Part shown: positions 39,581 to 56,136 of the stretch, in pieces
Layout: every line of letters starts with the position of its first letter
Numbering within the stretch: the first letter of the stretch is position 1
Position numbers and translations under genes: made by a program
Source: Daphnia carinata
Taxonomy: Eukaryota
DNA length: 64,000 nucleotides
Direction: 5' to 3'
NCBI RefSeq assembly: GCF_022539665.2
Contig: NC_081333.1
Coordinates: 3,038,001 to 3,102,000 of the forward strand
The notes under the pieces: model-generated
Told to the model about the DNA's origin: nothing
Database searches by the model: none
The model's input: the letters and a program-made list of their open reading frames with translations, nothing else

Positions 39581-40181
39581 CTACTTCAGCATTTCTTGAA
39601 GCTTTCCTTGCTTGTATAGACTTTGGGTATCTAAAATTGACAACCATGATAAAAGCTAATATTTAAATAATCAATTTCGACAGCTAATTTACCAGTTCCA
39701 CCTCCAATACATTGGCCTTTAATGAACACCCTCGGAACCTGCCAATTTATGGTTTCTAATACTGTAATACATTTATTTTTTAATTTAATGTGGAAATTAC
39801 AGTTCGGGTTCCTGTCATCTTTCCAAGAGCATCCTGAATTTGTTCACTGTCTTGTACCTGGTCTAACTCAATAAGATCATAAGGCTGGCGCAATTTGTCG
39901 AAAACCTGAAGTGACAAGAAGTTATTCATTAATTTGTATGTTTGCAGTCAGAAAACTGATGTCCAAAAGTGCCCAATACCTCTTTAGCCATTGTGCAATA
40001 GGGGCAATACGTTTTCGAATATATAACCTATTTTTACAAATTTTCATAATATGATAAACAATGAAATATGGAAAACATCAACTTATGATCTTACCACAGT
40101 GTTTTGAGAAATTCTCTGTCGAATTGCGTTGGTTACTGCACCACTCATTTCACCAGATGGACTAGAAGAACTGACTCCCAT
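39581..40181 (-). CDS. Dithiol glutaredoxin (CPYC), five exons, absent from the ORF track
   Basis: Spliced MGVSSS..VVIYSKTYCPYC..TGTRTVPRVFIKGQCIGGGTD..LQEMLK*. Confidence 0.9.
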
Positions 40182-40604
40182 CAAATTCGAATTCAATCAA
40201 ACAGTAACACCCAATGTGACTATCTAATCCGCGGAGTATTAAAATTACGGAAGGAATAGGTGGGTTTGCATGTAAAGGTTCAACTAGTGGCAAAACTCCC
40301 TAGGATTTTGAGTACTATGCCCATTAGCAAGAAGCCTAGCAGACGAGGATAAGAAGCTTTTTATATTTGTGTGCACTACGGGGTACCAGTGTACACAAAT
40401 ACGGGCTCCCTTTATTATGGTTAGGTTAGGTTAAGAAAGTGAAAGTTGCCATCATCATTTGTACTCAATCTTAGCTGATTACCATTGTGTGCCAACATGT
40501 ACTACTGTATTACACCATAAAATTTCCACTTGAAAACGTCATTCCTGTATGGATATCGCGTAATCTTCTAGTCGTGCACCACCCATCGTCCCAGACTCTT
40601 CAAA

Positions 40605-42941
40605 ATGGATAATCTTCCTTCTTTTCGTCCGGGCTCTGTTGTAGCTGCACCGACTTCCCAAGTGGAATTAACATTTTCTGCAAGGCAAGTATAATGTATA
40701 TATTATATGTATGTATTATTCATTGCCCAAATTTGAGATTACCACAATGAGCTGATAAAATTGGAGAAACACAATCCTTTAAGCTATAGTGTTAAACACC
40801 ACCTATTTTTAAAAATCTACAATTTTGGACGATTGTGTCACGATTTCGTCGGTAAGCGTCCTTACAAGTTGCAATACAGTTGGGGGTTTTGGATGGCTTG
40901 TGCTAAATCTCTATTTTCTTTGGGACATGTTATAACTTCCCTACTGCTATAACAGGTTTTAAAAGAAGTATCGCTTTTCAGGCTATAAATGTGTAAAAGA
41001 AAATGTTTGCTGCCCAAGGAAATGACATGACTCAGTTGGGCGGTTTCGCGGCGGGATTATGCAAGGAAATCGAAATTAGCTTAGCTGGGAGGTTGTTATT
41101 CTGTTTCCTCGCAACTATTTTGTTTTTTTTGGCATGAAAGAATTACATTTTATTCTCTTGCAGGAATCTGCCAGATTTGGATTATTTGTCAAAATCTGAT
41201 CCAATGGTAGTGGTCTATATTCAACCCTTTGGGCACAATCAGTGGCAAGAATTTTCTCGAACTGAAGTAATAGTAAACTCCAGGAATCCTGACTTCACTA
41301 AGAAGATAGTGATGATGTTCCGGTTTGAAGAACAACAGAAGCTCAAGTTTGAGATCTATGATGTGGATTCTACAAGCTCTGACTTGAGTAGACATGATTT
41401 TATTGGCTGGGTTGAAATTACGCTTGGAAACCTTGTCTCTCAGCATGTTATCCAAAAGAAGATTGAATATCATAACCCCAGGCTTAATAGAGGGACACTA
41501 ATAGTTTCTGCAGAAGAGCTTTCCTCCAACAAAGAAGAAGTGGAAATCCAACTAGTTGCTCATGGATTGGATAAAAAAGACTTTTTTGGCAAATCAGATC
41601 CTTTTGTGATCATTTCAAAATCAGTAGAAAGTGGAGGATATGTTGCAGTACACAAAACTGAAGTTATCAAGACTACCCTGAATCCTGTTTGGAAGTCATT
41701 CACGATCCCCGTGAGAAATCTGAATAATGGAGATTATGAAAGAACACTCAAGTTGGAATGCTGGGATTGGAATCGTAGTGGTTCCCATAGCTTCATCGGC
41801 GAAGCTTTCTTCAGTCTTCAGAAGCTTATAGAAGGTCCTTTACCGATGACACTTTTCTGTATGAACCCGGAAATGCAAGTATGGAACTGGTTTAAAAAGT
41901 GCAATATGCTTTGTTTATGTTAACCACATCTGTTTCATCAAAATTAGAAGAAAAAGAAAAACTATAAAAATTCAGGAAGATTTGAATTCGTCCACTGTAA
42001 AATTAATCCAGTCTATACTTTTCTGGATTATTTGCAAGGTGGTACAGAAATCAATTGCACAATAGCCATCGATTTTACAGGTTAGATCAAAATTTTTTAA
42101 GAGTTAATACCTTTTTCAAGCAATTCATTTTTAAATAGCGTCTAATGGCGATCCCAACACTCCATCGTCACTGCATTATCTTGGTGGAGGTCCAACGCTT
42201 TATGAACAGGCCCTGTCAGCTGTCGGCGAAATAGTCGAGGATTATGACTCCGATAAACAGTTCCCTGTAATTGGTTTCGGTGCCCGCTTACCGCCGATAG
42301 GCCGGGTTTCGCACGAATTCCACGTGAACTTCAATCCGACCAATCCTTACTGTGACCGTGTACCCGGTATCATTGCAGCCTATCGTTCCTGCCTTTCCCT
42401 TGTCCAACTGTATGGTCCAACCAATTTCGCTCCTTGCATTCGACATGTCACTAAATTCGCTCAAGAGTAAGTTCTAGAATGTCGAAAAGTTTACCTTTGA
42501 AGTAATTGTTTTCTTCTATCCATCACCAGGTATCAAGATGGATCCCATTATTTCATTCTCCTCATCCTCACCGATGGTATCATAACTGACATGTATGACA
42601 CCAAGGAAGCCATCGTTGATGCGTCGAGCCTTCCGTTGTCCATTATCATTGTTGGAATAGGCAATGCTGATTTCACCGCGATGGACGAATTAGATTCAGA
42701 TGCGACAGTTCTCACTGCGCCGTCGGGGCGAAAAGCCCAGCGAGACATTGTGCAATTTGTTCCATTCAGCCAATTTTTAAATGCCAATATGAATCCCGCG
42801 CTAGGCCGACTTCATTTGGCACGTGAAATCTTGCGCGAAATTCCTGACCAATTTATAGGCTACATGAAAAGTCGTAAAATTAGTCCGAAACCACCGCGGT
42901 ATGACCTTTCTCGGTTACCGCCTGACCCTAACCTGTCCTAA
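40605..42941 (+). CDS. Copine (C2-C2-vWA)
   Basis: SKSDP C2 motifs, [29 protein letters not shown]. Confidence 0.93.
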
Positions 42942-43279
42942 ATCACTCTCTAAAAATTCTCTTTAAGTGTCTTACGCTTGATTTTCAATACCTGTGTGAG
43001 TTTGATGTACTATACAAAATGTGTGCATGTTGTGATTTACTAACACTATTTTTACTTTCAAAGCCCAACCATTTCATTACTGTTTTGCTCATTCTTTTCC
43101 CTATCGTTCCAAACATTTAAGTCCTTTACGCTAAATGTTACTTTTGGGAGAAAAAAATTTAATTCTTCAAACGTTACGTGTGAATAAACAAATCAGCATG
43201 ATCAATTTAGAAGTATGAATAAATTCATTACGCCCAATTGAGACCAAATCTCGGTACACAAATAAACGTTCATCGGGAA

Positions 43280-46161
43280 CTACTGAGGGGGTGGTGGTGG
43301 TGGTATTCCCATCATAGTTGACATATCACTACCGGGAGGAAGAGGTGGGGGCTGTTGCTGAGACTGACCTGGTGGAGGCGGTGGGACTCCGTAAGATCCG
43401 TATGAGGATTGCTGAGGTTGCTGTCCCCAGCTATAATACCCTGGTGGCGGAACGCCGGGAACAGGTGGAGGCCCTCTCGGCGGCGGAGGAACTGGCGCAA
43501 CAGGGGACGTGCCTGGCACAGGTGGCGGTGCCACTCCAGGTGGTGGAGGTGGACCTTGGGCGTGCCAACCTCCCCACTGAGGTGGTCCACTCATCCATGG
43601 CTGCATACTCGATTGTTGTTGTTGCTGTGACGCGGAAGAAGCTCCTTCAGTACCCGGAGGAGGCGGAACTGATGACATACTACTGTGACCCATCCATCCT
43701 CCGCCCATGGGAGTGCCCCAAGCTTGCGGACCATAGTTTTGTGGGGGACCCCATTGATTGGCAGCGGGCTGATTTGGCCCCGGACCGCGTGGGGGTACAC
43801 CACTACGACCGCTCATTGGCGGACCTGCAGTAATAGCTCTAGGCTGTCCTTGTTGCCGATCAAATAGTCCAGAACTTCCATGATAGCTTTGACGCGTACC
43901 ACTTCCCGATCCCTCACTCTTAGGTGGAGGTCCTTCTCCCAATTCAGCCATTAAAGACATATACTGTTTTGAGGATTTCGTTAAGACATCAGTAAATTAT
44001 TAAACAACAATAAATTGTGTACGAATTACCTCTTCGTCGATTTTGTTTCCAGGTGCTCCATCAGTACTTCCGGAATTGCGCGGCGTCCGGCAATCCCGAG
44101 CAATATGACCTGTACCTCCACAATTGTTACAAATGACAGTATTTGTGACGTTGGGCTTGTCGGGACATTGCCAAGCTTTGTGGGTAGTGGCTCCGCAATT
44201 GGAGCAACGTGGACCGAACTCGCCTTCCCGGAACGTGCCGTTCAACATAGCAAGTTCTCTCAGCTGCATTTTTCGTAAATCGTTTTGATCTTCAGGGACT
44301 TCCACGGCTTCCTTGATGATCTTTTTTATCTGCAAAGAGAAGTTCGCGTCAGAGATCGTTTGGCATTATAATAAATTATATCATTCTTACGCGGTCAACT
44401 GCTTTTTTGATGGCTTCCATACTATTTGCTGTTACGTAGGCATGTAGAGGTTCATCTTCGCCCGGCAACGGCTTACCCACCTTGCCTTCCTTGACTGAAC
44501 CTTTACCTCGAATTATGATTTTGGCGCCAGTATCTTTTTCCATAGCTAAAAGAAATCGACAAAATATAACAAAAATGTTATTACTATTTGTTTTGAATTT
44601 GATGAAAAGAGAAGGCTATTACATTTCAAAGTATTTCCACGTGGGCCGATGAGCAACCCAACGAAATTGATTTCTGGATGTTCCTCTTGCGGAATCATGA
44701 CTTTGTCAGAGACGCGCGTCATAGGTGGCCTAAATCCATAAGAGAGAAAGAAATTAAGCAAACAATGGCTATGAAAATGTTTTAAAAAGATACTTACTTG
44801 TAGTCTACAGGGGGTTTAAAGTCAGCATTTAAAGAAATCATCTTAGTGATCATCGAGTGTCGCTCCTCTTCTAGTTTACGGCGCATCCGGTATTCTCGCG
44901 TATTCAACCTTTTGCCATCCGTCCCGTAAATTGGTTCCGGGGAGGGTGATCTAAAAAGAATAGAACAGAAAACGGGAAGCACGAATGAGTTTCCCCCTTT
45001 TTTTTTAAACTGAATTGAGACGAGAATAATTGTGTACGATTAATTATGTTTTGAAATCGATTAAACGTTCTGAAAATTTAGTTAATCCGTCCAGTTGACC
45101 AATGAGATGAGAAAAAAATTGATAAAAAGCCAATTTAGAAAAAAAAGGCAAAAATTTCCTATTGAATGATAATATTTCTTTAAAAATAAATGCACGTCCT
45201 GTAAAGGTTCAAAAAATCAAATTATAGATTCTGTGCTTCCTACATCTGAACCTAACAGACGGCATTAGTACGATTTCGGTTTGTGGTGAAAAAGAGATTA
45301 ATATGCCAACCAATTAATCATCACAACCATCAAAATCATTAGTTAGAACCTGAAGGCCTTTGGAGTTGAAAAAAAAGATGTGGAAAAAAATTGTTTTTTG
45401 CCTACTTAACAATTAAATAGTGAAAATTCAAAGAGCAAAAACCATTTGAACTTGATTAACTATGAATGTTTGGGAGAGAAATGAATTAGTATTGGCTTTA
45501 TGTATCAAACCTTTCTTCTGGATTGGGAGGAATGCCCAAATCACCCGTCCTCAGTTTCCGTGTTATCTCCTCAATCTTGAACTGGACTGTAAAATCACAA
45601 GTCAATACACACAGTTTGATGAATCAGTTAAATACACACTCAAACAGACATAATATGCACTCCTGTACACAAGCAATGCATAACATTTTGATAATGGAAA
45701 TAACATAGATGCACTAGATCATTACCTAGATACGCTTCCTCCTGGTCTTTAGTCAAATTTGCTGGTAAAACAGTTGGCATGCCCGGAATGAAGGTTTTCT
45801 CCTTCTCATCTCCACCCCAGCGAGAACGCCTTTTCTTCTTTTTCTCTCCACCAAGGGAGTTGTCATCTGAGTTATTGCTGTCCTCCAGGCCCCTTTTCCA
45901 TGTACCAGCACTGGCAGATGTAGATGAGGATGTCGCATAGCCATAGCTGGGAGTTGTTGACGGTTGGTCGAATTTCGATTCGTACCTTGTTTCATACTTT
46001 GGTTCGTAGCTTCCGTGCGAGCGTGATCCCTCGTCATCTGAATTCAGATAATTCGGGTTTAAAAGAGATGAAGTTGTCTGCCTCCGTCCGCCGGTCAGGG
46101 CAGGATTGACCCTGCCCAGCGGTGTGGTATTGGCACCCGTCGAATGAGCATTGCTCGGCAT
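43280..46161 (-). CDS. SF1: Splicing factor 1 / branch-point binding protein
   Basis: KKRRSRW ULM, RSPSPEPIY, KH domain INFVGLLIGPRGNTLK, QUA2, two CCHC knuckles, Pro-rich tail. Confidence 0.95.
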
Positions 46162-48506
46162 GACTGATTGGGAAATCTGGTCAGGTTCTTTAGTTAAATG
46201 TTGAACAATCGAAAAACCGAAAACGAACACGTCTCGTCAGATTAGAATGCGTTCAATATTTTAAAGACATTGGAGAGAGCGGTCGTCCGACGCCAGACGC
46301 CAAATTCCTTTTCCAATATGGCGAGGCAACATTGCCGTATGCACTGAATTGAAAGATTTTTTTTCTTGCTTCTTGCCCGTGTGGAAATGGACGTTGCCAT
46401 TTTGTATAATTTCCATAAAAAATTTACAATTATACAGATTTACAAAAATCACCTATGAATGCAAACAAAAGGACATCATTGATAAATAAAACAATATTCT
46501 CATTTAAAAATTACACAGGTTGCTTAAACTGCCCCACAGGCTCTCAGGAACCACAGCCCTGCAAGAATTTTTCTGCTTTTTTCCGGGTAGTGTGAAATTG
46601 CAATGGTGGCTTGCGAGTTAAACGGCAAAAAGCAATTTCAGTACAAAGAAGTTACCATTAGACTCTTAAGAAGCGATATACATTAGGATTTATTTGTTGT
46701 CAGACTTTGACAATGTACATTGGGTCTTAGCAAATGCCTCTCAAGGTTATTCGGCGCGTGTCGTGTTAAAACGAAAATTCTTTTAGTCCCCCATACTGAC
46801 TCCTAGTTCTCGTCCACGGCATGATTGTGACGAAGGCCATGCTGCAATCATTCTTGCGTTACAGGTGGAAACGTCAGTTTGAAATCGTAGTCAATTCTTT
46901 TGTTGTGAATTTCTATTCGAATGATGAAACAAGTAGAACGAGGAATAATAAACAATTGAACACATGAAAATGCTTTACCAGCACTCATCTACATCAGTTA
47001 TACGTTCAACTGCTTAAACGTTAACGGCTCTAATTAACTGAAGAATATGGAGGGCCTTGCATTCCATAATTTCATAAACACTCCGAATTTTTTGGGGAGC
47101 TAGTAATCACAGTTGCATGTTCTCTCTTACGATTGACATGGCCAGTCTACATGATCGACGACTAATAGCAACACTCATTCAATTTTAGATGCTAGTTCGT
47201 TGAATAACAATGGAATTCATACCTGAGTAATTGTATGTAGTAGATACTTGCAATTTTCATCTTATTCTTTTGTACCTTGACTATAACCGGTTGGCAATGA
47301 TAAGATCCTTGTCACGCAGACGCCATTTTTCTTCTTCTAAGGTCAATGACAATGATCCTCGACTCTACCCATGTTCTGTGTATCCAAAAACAGAGACGAA
47401 TCTGTTTTGTGGACTAGTTTGGAGGAATCAAGAAAGGAGTCATGTTCGAACGGTCTTGGCTGTTGAAACACTTAATAACAAAAAAAGAAAAGGGCGTTAG
47501 CTTTACCTCGATTTCGAATTTGGAGTGGTTCACTATTCCAGTTCTCGATCAAATTCAGCGTCTCCATTTCGGTTCTTTTCCGTGTAAGCGAAACAATGCT
47601 TTGCTCATAATTTATCCATTTCAATCGGTGACGACGAAACCACAGAAACCTCATTACTGTGTCTTTTTTTTACATAATAATTAAGGGCAGTGAGACATTA
47701 TCATACACTGTTATTCTGCTCCACAGCAGAATGAATGCAGATTTCAAGTTTTTTTTTAGAATAAATTGCGATTTCTCCTGTATCTCCGTGAAGACAAGCA
47801 GAAATCTAAAAGAAAAACAAGTGCTTTATTGTCCATTTGTTCCTGGAAAACAAGGATTCAAGAGGGCATAGTGATGAAAACACAATACCTTGACGACTGT
47901 AAAGTTCAAATGAAGACGAGACGTTGATGGGAACAAGGAAATCATAATAAAGGGACAAAGACGATTTAATAATAAAAAATAAGGAAAAAAAAACAAACAA
48001 GACTGACGGCAAAAATCGGGTGGAAGCGCAAACATCCACATACGCATTAACAGCTTCCAAATGCCCGGGATGGAAATGTACATAACGTTCGGCTAAAAAA
48101 CCAAACTAAGCAAAATAAATTGACGAGCAAATATTGAAAAGAAAGCGAAAAAATAATCAAATAATCTCCCAGCCAATACTGATTACTTTGTATGCACACT
48201 TTTCGTTTCTTAAAATCCCAATCAGATAAAAATAAAATGTGATTGTGTGTTGCGGTTTACACAATATCAAATATTATTTGCGATAAGGGGATAGTTCTTA
48301 TTTTAAGTAATGCCATCAATAATAATAGACACGCCTGAGCACCGATTCGTCTTCGTTAAACCTTGTTCTTACGAGGCAGTCCAAGTCAATTACGACAAAT
48401 AGCGAACTTATGTGCGGTTACATGATTGTGTAGGAGTGTTTGTGTATATGACATGAGTGGGTCAATAGCTCACCAATATATCGGCTGAAGTGAATCCGTA
48501 GATTGT

Positions 48507-51423
<2,917 letters not shown>

Positions 51424-52592
51424 TCTTTCGGCGCAACTATCTGTTTGAGGCAGTCAAGAATGTCAACTGAGCTTCTTTATCAGACACACACACATGCACA
51501 CCCAGTCAAGAGCAAGTCGAAGCACCTACACCAAAACAAATACAAATGATCGGCACTGTTGTTGTTTCATTTTTCCAAAATCTGGACAGTTTTTTTCCCT
51601 TCAACTCAGAGACAAAACAATGAATCCGACTGCACAGAATGACTTCTTGACAGTCTTCTTGTATTCGATAAAAGAAGTAGTAGCCATTCACCTTTAGACC
51701 GGAGGCAACAAACTATGCGACTCTTAGCGGTAGGCCCCTCCCTGTTCTTTTTTCTGTTTCTGTTCGAGCATGTTTTAAGGCCACTTTTTACCAAGCGCGC
51801 GGTCATTAGGAAATTTGGTTGCATTAGCAGAGCCCTCTGCTGGAAAGGCTTTGAAACGTTGAACAAACTTTCAGAAGATACAACTAATACTTTACAATAA
51901 TATAACGAGAGATTATAAATGGTGAATGAAAATGGAACAATAATTAATTTATAATGTAGCGTTACTGCACACTAGCCATTTAGTTATCTAGGTAAATCTA
52001 ACGTATTAGACTTCATAGATTTTTTGAAATATGCTAAACCACTAACTTTCAGGTAACATGAAGCAAATTTTCTTCCATGGTACAGTATTAGTTTATTTTT
52101 ATTGATAATAATAAATGAAATCCTCGTTTCTTACTTTATTATCTGGCATGTACATTTGAGACATCCATAACTTCGCGGGTCCCGAAATTCCATCGAAGTC
52201 GGCGAATCCCTCCTGCCCCTTTTACCAATACAGGATGCTTCCTTATATCCACTATTAATCTATTTGAAAACTAATAATTAGCTGATATGTAAAATCTTTG
52301 GAACAAATTTTTTAATTGTTTTATGGCTTTGCAAGTTGTTTCTTGTGGTATGTGGTCGTAGTCGTACTAATATCGCGTACTCTTTTCAAATGGCGGGAAG
52401 GCGGATGGCACCGATTAAATCGTGTACGCATTTCGTTTGTCATCTGTTTCCGCCATTTTGAAACCGAAACCTAACAACAATATGTCAAACGGGCTGTAGA
52501 AGGTGTTTTCTTTTGCAGTGAAAACCCTGGTGAACACAATAGTTTCGGCACATTAAAGGCTTGTCTAATAAAAGGTTTAATTCAGACGACGA

Positions 52593-53058
52593 ATGCCTTA
52601 TGTTATCGTATCAGGGAATTTGAACCCCACAAAAAACGGCGGTGCTAGTCAGCCGCCAACCCCACCATGGAAAGTAGGCATTTCCGGATTAAAAGGTAAT
52701 TACAGCAAAAAAATTTAACATATGATTTCTGTATAAAAATCTCTTTCTTAGCTTTTGAATTGGAAGATTTGAAACGCTTCACTCTTGAGCCTCAAGCAGA
52801 TGTCCATACTGTTGTGTTTCGGCATCATCCAATTGTACTATTAAATGCCTTAGAAGTTCTGGGATACAGAGTAATAAGTTCATTTAATGTGAGTCCTGAC
52901 AGTTGTGTGTGGACCATGAGAAAAGATTTTCCAGAACCTTGCCCTGATCCATCTGATGACGAAGAGTAAATTTAGTTAAACTTTATGCAGAAATTGTCTT
53001 GTATCTAATTACCATTCAAATATTTTCTAGGAGTGACTCTGCAGCAGAACTTGATTAA
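52593..53058 (+). CDS. GTP cyclohydrolase I feedback regulator (GFRP)-like small protein; unspliced form stops at 52969
   Basis: MPYVIV start and PIVLLNALEVLGYRVIS..VWTMRK resemble GFRP; introns at about 52696-52750 and 52966-53030. Confidence 0.6.
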
Positions 53059-53070
53059 AAAAATTTCGAA

Positions 53071-53660
53071 ATGGAGAAATGTACACACCAAAACTGCCAG
53101 CATTCATCATCTGTGGGTCAGACATTAGAAGAAATGGATTTTGAAAGGGGGCCTTGGGCTGCTGGTAATTTCTATCTCTAAGCTGATTCATTTCACTCTA
53201 CGACATCAAATCAATTTCCTTTTTTTTAGCACTCAATGGGGACTTGTGCCGTCTTACTAAATTATTGCAAAACATCAAAGCTGATACACTTGACACATCT
53301 GGATATAGCTCACTTCATTATGCTTCACGAGCAGGCCATTTAGAAGTTGTCAAACATTTAGTAGCACACGGTGCGGACGTAAATCTTCCAACACGGAGCA
53401 ATCAGAGTTCTCCCCTTCATCGTGCTAGCCAGCAAGGACATTTAGCAGTAGTTAAATTTTTGCTAGATCGAGGAGCCGATTCTGGACTCCGAGATATTGA
53501 TGGATGTACCCCACTTCATAGAGCAGCGTTGGCAGATCGTGCAGATGTTTGTCAATTTTTGATATCCCGCAATCCTCAGCTCTCCCAAGTTTCAGATGCA
53601 CTTGGCCGGTTACCAAAAGATTGCTGCTCTAGCACAGCTTTGAAGACGCTATTAAGTTAA
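53071..53660 (+). CDS. ANKRD39: Ankyrin repeat protein ANKRD39-like
   Basis: QTLEEMDFERG N-terminal signature, DTSGYSSLHYASRAGH, several ankyrin repeats. Confidence 0.85.
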
Positions 53661-54270
53661 ACACGTAAATGCATCAGTTTCTCACAACCAAATGGTTGAA
53701 CACTAAGCCAGTGCCTTGAAACATTCCAAATCGCCCTTTAAGTTTTCACGTCGCCAATACTTTTTTTTTCTCTTCGCAAGTTGTGTCACTAACCCTGTTC
53801 CTGTTCACGAGCATGAATTTAGTAGTTACAACGTACGTTAGATACAATCAAGCTGTAGTAAACTTTTATCAGTTGCCAAATTTCCTCACCGCTTTATTCA
53901 CAAATAATATAACCATGTCATGCCATGTCTTCGAAAGTTTTGTCGCTTTACTCCGTACTCCTAAATTGCGCTTAATAAATCAATTTCGAAATTTTTCGTT
54001 AATTGTTTCCTTTTTAAGTTTTGTTTAAGTAACGAAAAATAGCAAAATGTTTTGAAGCACATAAAAGAAATTACAATAAAGCTTATGTCTATTAAAATGA
54101 TAAAATAAAGTTACATTTGAATCCAATAGAAACATAAAACAAAAGGGCTCTTTGAATATAGCTATGTAGTACCATCTGTCATAGAAGGCTATAATAAAAT
54201 TAATGAATATTTAAAAAACGAAAGAAATACTGTTTCCTATGGTAAAATTCAGCTGGAGAATAGAATATCA

Positions 54271-55424
54271 CTAGTCGTGGCTACAAACGCTGATGCCGTT
54301 TGTGCTTTCGCAGCCACCAGCTTCCACATCAATATCCATTAATTCTGTTCCCCCGTTATCAAAAATCTCCACCTCCAATACATCAGGAATCGTTTCCGGG
54401 AAAACAATTACCCTTTCAGTACCGTCGAATTGATAAAAAAAGGGAAACTGATCATCAGTTTCTGCACAAATAGCTTGGGTCAAATTTGGATCTTGGTCAT
54501 TTTTGCTTGTCATTTCAGTCCAAGCATGTGAATCCAATGACGATTCAATGTGATAAACGCGACAATGTTCAGGAGGAACGATTTTCAACGAATGTTCATT
54601 CTTAATACTAGTGTTTTCTAACGAAACACTATTGTTTTGATCATGAAGCATTTGCTAAAGAAAATTCAGCAAAAAAAAAAAAATTATTTGAAGTTAAATA
54701 GTTAGTAAAAGAAAGTTTACGAGATTTACGTCGGCAGTTGATTCAGACAATTCCGAATTGGAAATTGGTTCCTTCAGTATGCCAATAGGGACTGTCGCTT
54801 CGTTCCAATTCAGCAGTTCTTGTGAGCCATTCAAATCAAAACAATCAGTTTGGTTTGAAAGTGATTGTGATTTGTTGCCATTGATATCCTTTGAAGAGAA
54901 GGATGGGCGTTAAGTATGTTTAAAAAGTACTTTTGTTTAACGAAATTGACATACATTCTTGTTCTGCATATCGCAAATAGACGTAGATCCAGCTTTGCTT
55001 TGCTTCCGCGGACGTGTAACAAGAGAGAGAGAGTCAAAGGTCCATCGACGAAAGTGCTCATGCATATAGCAATTGCAGGTACTAACATGGCATGGGCATT
55101 TACATGGTCCCTGATGGTGTCCATGTGGGGAAATCTTGCGGAACCCGTACAAGTTGAGTTGGCGAACGAAACTTGGCCACTGAATAGATTTGAAGATCTT
55201 TCCTACGAAAATGCTAGAGCAAAACGATTTCTGATCTATGATGACGCTATCACCGTTAGCACTCCATCTGTAACACACGACCGGATTTAGTTTTAAAAGA
55301 TGTTTTTTCTTAAATTGTGGATATACCTGATAGCACCATCAGTACATTCATTCATCAGTTGCCACAATTTGTATGGAAATGTGCAAGGCTTCTGCCTCTC
55401 CTTTCCTTGTGATGCACTTGACAT
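54271..55424 (-). CDS. HSF-type DNA-binding domain protein (HSFY/HSF5-like), multi-exon
   Basis: FPYKLWQL..IRWS..SFVRQLNLYGFRK..HEHF; acidic C-terminus. Confidence 0.8.
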
Positions 55425-56136
55425 TTCCTTGGATTTCAACGTGAAAAACAAAATTGACCAACACCTCGTATTTATGAAACGTTTGGTAAATACCAGCTTA
55501 GCATGGAAACAAGACTATAAAAAGTGTGGAGAAATAAAAAAAATCGCTCGGAGAAGTATTTGCACACCCACCGCCTTGACCGCCAACTGAGGAATGAAAT
55601 AATGAAGTTGAAAAGGGCGGCTACTTCGATTGCCTATTATAGCCGCTAGGAGGAGAAAACGTTATGGCAACAAATCTTGGCGACCGTTTGCAGCTACCCT
55701 AACCAGATTCATGAAACATATTAGTTGCATAACCTACTTTTGTCATCAGGATATGGCGGGAAAAAGTACACATTCTCGAACCGCATGTCCTACAGCTGAT
55801 TCGTTAACAACTAATACAAAAATTAATCCCTTTTCTAATCGATTTTACCAATCAACCGTGTATTCCAAGTGGGAGATAATTTCAAATGACAGAAATTTCT
55901 TTCCATCTTATCTACTGTTGTTGGTATGACGATTACACAATGTTATACACATAAAAAATGTGTGGAATACGTCATTAGACAATTGTTTTGCTATTGTCAG
56001 GTAGCTCAAGTAAAGCCACTTTCAACACACAAAGGAAAAACACCATGAAAAAATTCATAATTATATAAACCAATGAGAGTGTTTCTTAGAAAATTCTGGT
56101 GCGTTCATGATTATGGGACATCTTTAAATACAAAAC

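Noticed and set aside
40368..40435. Palindrome plus (TTAGG)-like tract
   Set aside because: Only about three units; too short to call a telomere remnant or telomerase RNA template
43312..43867. Overlapping alternative-frame and antisense ORFs in the SF1 tail
   Set aside because: Expected by-product of GC-rich Pro/Gly codons
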